A stretch of 64,000 nucleotides of DNA from Devosia sp. (lineage in GTDB: Bacteria > Pseudomonadota > Alphaproteobacteria > Rhizobiales > Devosiaceae), in the NCBI GenBank assembly GCA_039918675.1, contig JBDSHC010000088.1, positions 3,790-67,789 of the forward strand, written 5' to 3'. The position numbers and the translations under genes were made by a program. A model generated the notes under the pieces. That model had not been told where the DNA came from and did not search any database. It was given only the letters and a program-made list of their open reading frames with translations. Positions 59,087 to 64,000 of this stretch are shown in pieces (positions within the stretch are counted from its first letter, which is position 1; each line of letters opens with the position of its first letter).

Positions 59087-59560
59087 TCAAACCGGCGGCA
59101 CCAGGGTGTGGTCACGCTTCTTCGGCTTGAACGGCGCCATGCCTTCATTCGCGAGGGCATCGGCGCGTTCGTTCATCTCATCGCCATTGTGCCCTTTGAC
59201 CCAGTGCCAGTTGATGGTGTGGCGCTGCACCGCGGCATCGAGGGCCTGCCACAGCTCGACATTCTTCACCGGCTTCTTGGCGGCCGTCTTCCAGCCGTTT
59301 TTCTTCCAGCCGTGAATCCAGCCGGTGAGCCCGTCCTTGACGTAGCTGCTGTCGGTGTGAAGCTCGACGGTGCAAGGCCGCTTCAACGCGTTAAGCGCTT
59401 CGATCGCCGCCGTCAGCTCCATCTGGTTGTTCGTGGTCAGCTGTGCGCCACCCTTCAGCTCTTTGACCGTCGCGCCATATTGCAGCACGGCGCCCCAGCC
59501 ACCGGGGCCGGGATTGCCCGAGCAGGCGCCATCGGTGTGGATCGTCACGCTGTCCGTCAC
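59087..59560 (-). CDS. rnhA: Ribonuclease HI
   Basis: [31 protein letters not shown] and WVKGH...NERADALA. Confidence 0.99.
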   Translation of the reverse strand: MTDSVTIHTDGACSGNPGPGGWGAVLQYGATVKELKGGAQLTTNNQMELTAAIEALNALKRPCTVELHTDSSYVKDGLTGWIHGWKKNGWKTAAKKPVKNVELWQALDAAVQRHTINWHWVKGHNGDEMNERADALANEGMAPFKPKKRDHTLVPPV

Positions 59561-60075
59561 GCTGGCCGTCGCATGACGTGGTACTGGCAGATCATCCCGT
59601 CCTCATTTGCCTTCACTTCGGTGGGGATCATGCCGATACGCTGCAATACCTTGATCGACGCCGTATTGCGCAGGTCCGCAGACCCGATGAACAGATCGAT
59701 GTCCGTCTCCCGGAACAGCCAGTCGCGCTGGCCGGACGCGGCCTCGAACGCATAGCCATTGCCCCAGAACTCGGGATAGAGCGAATAGCCCAGTTCCGGC
59801 TCGCCGGTCGGCTCGAGCCCGTAACCGCAGCGGCCCACCAGCACACCATCGGATTTGCGACGGACCCGCATCTTACCGAGCCGGCGGGTCTCGTAAAGGT
59901 GGATCCATTCATCGAGCGCCGCTTCCATTTCGGCCATGGACCAGGGCTGGCCGTGGGCGCTGAGGTAGCGGGCGACGATGGGATCGCCATGGAGGCGAAC
60001 GAGGTCGGCAATCTGGTCATGGCGCCAACCGGAGAGCACCAGCCGTTCGGTCTCGATCAGATCGAGATCGCTCAT
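59557..60075 (-). CDS. GNAT acetyltransferase (RimJ/RimL-like)
   Basis: [23 protein letters not shown] and [12 protein letters not shown]. Confidence 0.9.
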   Translation of the reverse strand: MSDLDLIETERLVLSGWRHDQIADLVRLHGDPIVARYLSAHGQPWSMAEMEAALDEWIHLYETRRLGKMRVRRKSDGVLVGRCGYGLEPTGEPELGYSLYPEFWGNGYAFEAASGQRDWLFRETDIDLFIGSADLRNTASIKVLQRIGMIPTEVKANEDGMICQYHVMRRPA

Positions 60076-61037
60076 GCGGCAGGCGAGGCGGTGGGGCGCA
60101 ATTCGCGCGGCAAATTGAATACGATGGTCTCGCGGCCCGCGCCATGGGCGCTCACTTCGATGTCGAAGCGTTGCGCGAAAGCCTCGATCACTTCATCGAC
60201 CAGCGCCTCTGGTGCCGATGCGCCAGCGGTGATGCCGAGCGTCGAGATCCCCTCGAACTGCGTCCAGTCGATGCGGTCGGCCCGCTCGACCAGCATCGCC
60301 CGCTCGCAGCCGTTGCGCTGGGCAACTTCGACGAGCCGCACGGAGTTCGAGCTCTCGGGCGCGCCGACGACGATCATGGCATCAACCGAGGGCGCGACCT
60401 TCTTGACCGCTTCCTGGCGATTGGTGGTCGCGTAGCAGATGTCTTCCTTGTGCGGCAGGGCGATGGCCGGGAAGCGCCGGCGCAAGGTCTCGACGATGGC
60501 GCTGGTGTCGTCGACGCTGAGCGTCGTCTGCGTCACGAAGGCCAGGTTTTGCGGGTCGCGCGGCGTGAAGGCTTCGGCATCGGCGACGGTCTCGATCAGC
60601 GAGATTGCGCCTTCCGGCAATTGCCCCATCGTGCCGATGACTTCGACATGCCCGGCATGGCCGATCAGGACGATCTCGCGGCCTTCATTGAAATGCCGGT
60701 TGGCCTCGATATGGACCTTGCTGACGAGCGGGCAGGTGGCATCGAGGAAGAACATGTTGCGGGCTTTGGCGTCCGCCGGCACGGCCTTGGGCACACCATG
60801 GGCGGAAAACACCACCGGCGCTTCACTGGGCGGAATCTCATCCAATTCTTCGACGAACACAGCACCTTTCCGGCGCAGGCCCTCGACGACGTATTTGTTA
60901 TGGACGATCGCATGACGCACATAGACGGGCGCGCCGTACTTCTCGAGCGCCAGCTCGACGATCTGGATCGCGCGGTCGACGCCGGCGCAAAATCCGCGCG
61001 GCGCGCACAATGTGATCTCGAGTTTGGGCTTATCCAT
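60072..61037 (-). CDS. ispH: 4-hydroxy-3-methylbut-2-enyl diphosphate reductase
   Basis: [37 protein letters not shown] and TAGASAPE. Confidence 0.99.
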   Translation of the reverse strand: MDKPKLEITLCAPRGFCAGVDRAIQIVELALEKYGAPVYVRHAIVHNKYVVEGLRRKGAVFVEELDEIPPSEAPVVFSAHGVPKAVPADAKARNMFFLDATCPLVSKVHIEANRHFNEGREIVLIGHAGHVEVIGTMGQLPEGAISLIETVADAEAFTPRDPQNLAFVTQTTLSVDDTSAIVETLRRRFPAIALPHKEDICYATTNRQEAVKKVAPSVDAMIVVGAPESSNSVRLVEVAQRNGCERAMLVERADRIDWTQFEGISTLGITAGASAPEALVDEVIEAFAQRFDIEVSAHGAGRETIVFNLPRELRPTASPAA

Positions 61038-61117
61038 GCATCTGCAGATGCTTTCTGGTCGCACTCAAGTCAAGGGCCGTTGCGGCAGGCGGGCCGCGCG
61101 GGCAGTATAGCTGCCCA

Positions 61118-63385
61118 GTGCTTTCAAAGGAATCTCCGGTGAGCCTCGCTCTCGAAATGTTTGCAGTTGCGCCGTCCGGCGGCAACGCAAACCTGTCCGA
61201 GGCGCAGCGCCATCTGCTGGTCGGCAAGGCCCGCTGGATCCGTGCCGTGTGGGAAGCGGGCCTCCCGACCATCCCCACGATCGTGATCAGCCGCGCCGCC
61301 TGGGACGCCCTCCAGGCCGAGCGGCGTCAGCGCGAAAACCGTCTACGGGCCCATTGGGTGGCCACATTGTTCCGCCTCGTGGGCCGCGATGCGCGGCCCC
61401 CGGCACTCACCGTCAGGACCGCCAGTGACACTGTGGTGGCCGGCCGCATGCCAGCGCGTGTGGGGCTGTCGGCCCCCTCAAACGAGGGCGAGGCAGTCGA
61501 TCCACAGCGCCCGCTCGGCCGTGCCATTGCCGATGCCTTCGAATCCTATGGCGGCGACGCGGCCGATGCCATCGTGGTCATCCAAGCGACGGCCCTCGGT
61601 GAGCCGATGCAATTTCTCTCGCGCGACGCGCAGAGTGGCGTGCTCGGGCCGGCTGCCATGGCCGGGGGCGATATTCCGCTTGCGACGGAGGCAGTCGAGC
61701 TTAGCGAAGTGCTCGATCGCGTCGTTGGCCGCCATATGGCGATCACCGCGGCGATGGAGCGGGGCGCGCTGAAGTTCCTCTCGGCACGGCCGTTTCAAGC
61801 AACCGCCGCTGCCGAGCTCGAGGCCGCGACCGATCGGGTCGGCCGCGGCACATGGAGCGAGGAGCAGGCCGTCGCGAGCGTTAGTCCAGACCGGTTGCAG
61901 GCGCTGCTGCATCCGAGCCTGCGCGCTGGGCACGCGGCTGAGCCTATAGCCACCGGGCTTGGCGTGTCGCCTGGGGCGGCGAGCGGCTACATCGTCTTCA
62001 CCGCCGAGGACGCTGCTCGCTACAAGGCGCGTGGCCGGCACTGCATTCTCGTGGTCAACGAGACCGGCCCCGCCGACATCGATGGCATGAAGGCCGCGAC
62101 CGGCATCCTCACCGCGCGCGGGGGCATGACCAGCCATGCCGGCGTCATCGCGCGCATTACCGGCAAGCCCTGCGTTGCGGGTGTGCGCAATCTGTCGGTC
62201 GATGCGTCCGACATGTCGTGCCGCATCGGCGAGCTTGTGCTGCATGCCGGCGACCGCATCAGCATCGATGGCAGCGACGGCTCGGTCTATTCCGGCGTGC
62301 TACCGCTCAGCCGTCCACGCATCGGCGGCGCGCTGGGCGAGCTGCTCGGCTGGTCCAATGCGACGCGGAAGATCGAGGTGAGGGCCAATGCCGAGACGGT
62401 CGAGGCCGCGACGACCGCGCTCAGCTTTGGGGCCGAGGGCATCGGCCTGGCGCGGTCGGAGCATATGTTCTTTTCGCGCGACCGGATGGTGGCGTTGCGC
62501 CGGCTGATCCTCTCCGAGGACGAGGCCGACCGCAAAGCGGCGCTTAACGGCCTCGTCGATTTCCAGACCGGCGATTATTCGTCGATCTTTTCGGCCATGG
62601 CCGGCCGGCCCGTCACCGTGCGTCTGTTCGATCCGCCGCTGCATGAGTTCCTGCCGCGGACAGAGGAGGACATCGAGGAGACGGCGAAGTCGCTCGGACT
62701 CGAACTGCGCGCGTTGAAAATGCGGCTTGACCGGATCTCCGAGATCAATCCGATGCTGGGTCATCGGGGAGTACGTCTTGCCGTGACCTATCCCGAGATT
62801 CTCGAGATGCAGGTGCAGGCGCTGCTTGCCGGCGTGCGTGCGGCGATGGAGAAGGGCGGCGAGCCGGTGCGGCTCGAGATAATGGTGCCGTTCGTGTCGA
62901 CGGCGCATGAGGTGCTGTGGGTTCGGCAGCGCGTGATGGAACTCGTCGACGCGGCCAATCTGCCGCCCGCCGCGCGCCAGAGCTTCGCTTTCGGCACGAT
63001 GATCGAACTGCCGCGCGCCGCGCTGCGTGCTGCCGATATTGCGAAGCATGTCGACTTCTTCTCGTTCGGCACCAACGATCTGACACAGACCACCTATGGC
63101 ATCAGCCGCGACGATGCGCCGGCCTTCCTCGCCGCCTATCAGCGCAAGGGGCTGTTCGAGATCGATCCGTTCGTTTCGATCGACCAGAAGGGTGTCGGCG
63201 AACTGATCGCCATCGCCATCGAGCGCGGACGGGCCAGTAACCCCGCGTTGAAGATCGGCATCTGTGGTGAGCACGCGGGCGATCCCGCGTCGCTGGCATT
63301 CTTCGCGACGCTCGATGTCGATTATGTCAGCTGCTCGCCCTATCGCGTGCCGGTGGCCCGTCTGGCTCTGGCTCAGGCGCAATAG
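61118..63385 (+). CDS. Pyruvate phosphate dikinase-like protein with eroded nucleotide-binding domain
   Basis: Intact GGMTSHA, GIGLARSEHMF, RLFDPPLHEFLP, TMIELPRAA, FSFGTNDLTQ and GICGEH; N-terminal domain short and divergent; start uncertain (61118, 61139 or 61157). Confidence 0.9.
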   Translation: MLSKESPVSLALEMFAVAPSGGNANLSEAQRHLLVGKARWIRAVWEAGLPTIPTIVISRAAWDALQAERRQRENRLRAHWVATLFRLVGRDARPPALTVRTASDTVVAGRMPARVGLSAPSNEGEAVDPQRPLGRAIADAFESYGGDAADAIVVIQATALGEPMQFLSRDAQSGVLGPAAMAGGDIPLATEAVELSEVLDRVVGRHMAITAAMERGALKFLSARPFQATAAAELEAATDRVGRGTWSEEQAVASVSPDRLQALLHPSLRAGHAAEPIATGLGVSPGAASGYIVFTAEDAARYKARGRHCILVVNETGPADIDGMKAATGILTARGGMTSHAGVIARITGKPCVAGVRNLSVDASDMSCRIGELVLHAGDRISIDGSDGSVYSGVLPLSRPRIGGALGELLGWSNATRKIEVRANAETVEAATTALSFGAEGIGLARSEHMFFSRDRMVALRRLILSEDEADRKAALNGLVDFQTGDYSSIFSAMAGRPVTVRLFDPPLHEFLPRTEEDIEETAKSLGLELRALKMRLDRISEINPMLGHRGVRLAVTYPEILEMQVQALLAGVRAAMEKGGEPVRLEIMVPFVSTAHEVLWVRQRVMELVDAANLPPAARQSFAFGTMIELPRAALRAADIAKHVDFFSFGTNDLTQTTYGISRDDAPAFLAAYQRKGLFEIDPFVSIDQKGVGELIAIAIERGRASNPALKIGICGEHAGDPASLAFFATLDVDYVSCSPYRVPVARLALAQAQ

Positions 63386-63549
63386 GACCGGCTGTCCGGG
63401 CCGAAATTAACCATCGGCGATCAACCACTTCACGTCGGCCGGGAGGTTTACCTCACGATAACCCTAATCCCGCATGATCCGGATTGTCGGCATTTGAGCA
63501 ACATTGCTGGCGCGTGTTTTGTTGAGTTGCGTGAGTAGTACCGCGTTTG

Positions 63550-64000
63550 ATGGGCCTCGTCGGACCAATCAATTTCTGGGCCCGTCCCCGGCATAGCCTT
63601 GCAGGCGTCATCGCCTCATTGGTGCTATCGCTGGTGGCTTACTCGCTGCTGACCGGCGGCGCGTTGAGCCCCTCGCACGGCATTACCTCTGCCTCCGCTT
63701 CCGAAAGCTCTGCGACGCTGACCCGCAATGGCGATGACCTCATCATCACCGGCTCGGTGGACAACCTCTTCAAGACCGGATTCTTCATCGGCCCCAATCG
63801 TGCCGAGAAGGTGAACCGCGCGCGCCTGACGCCCGATGGCGTGTCGGTCTCGGGCGGCTTCGATGCCATCCGCATCCGCATCGCCGAAATGCGTGCACCC
63901 AAGATTCCGGGCGGCGCTGCCATGCCACCCGTCTTGCCGACCATCGAAGTGGCGAGTATCGATCCGGCGACCAGCGACGCACTTGGCGCCATCGACCAGA
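63550..64000 (+). CDS. 5' part of an exported protein, probably a SleB-family cell-wall hydrolase (runs off the window)
   Basis: Open frame from ATG 63550: MGLVGPINFWARPRHSLAGVIASLVLSLVAYSLL...GPNRAEKVNRA. Hydrolase call rests on ppdK-adjacent synteny only; catalytic domain not visible. Confidence 0.55.
   Translation, partial: MGLVGPINFWARPRHSLAGVIASLVLSLVAYSLLTGGALSPSHGITSASASESSATLTRNGDDLIITGSVDNLFKTGFFIGPNRAEKVNRARLTPDGVSVSGGFDAIRIRIAEMRAPKIPGGAAMPPVLPTIEVASIDPATSDALGAIDQ

Overview
High-GC alphaproteobacterial chromosome segment (Hyphomicrobiales; Devosia-like by gene content and order, which is inference). It is mostly conserved core genome: the aa3 cytochrome c oxidase cluster (coxB-coxA-ctaB-ctaG-coxC, DUF983, SURF1), thrC, an M16 peptidase, a RimJ-type GNAT, two c-di-GMP GGDEF/EAL proteins, and the tandem glycine riboswitch with gcvT-H-PA-PB. 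It also carries the F0 ATP synthase operon, smc-dsbA-DUF721-mutY, ccrM with CtrA boxes, rnhB, a LexA-boxed radical SAM gene, moaB, UDG, ETF-QO, ispE, ispB, glyQ and glyS split by eight inserted genes, rnhA, ispH, a PPDK-like gene and the start of a probable cell-wall hydrolase. I found no tRNA, rRNA, CRISPR array, prophage or transposase. Strongest oddities: (1) a PPDK homolog with intact phospho-His and PEP domains but an eroded ATP-grasp domain; (2) an ArfA-like small protein with a hairpin across its stop codon; (3) an NTF2-LuxR regulator followed by a palindrome and an unannotated 59-aa ORF; (4) five copies of three palindromic intergenic repeat families, one apparently supplying a start codon and two flanking an orphan exported-protein gene; (5) an expanded second aptamer in the glycine riboswitch. 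All functional calls come from motif recognition by eye, with no database searches.
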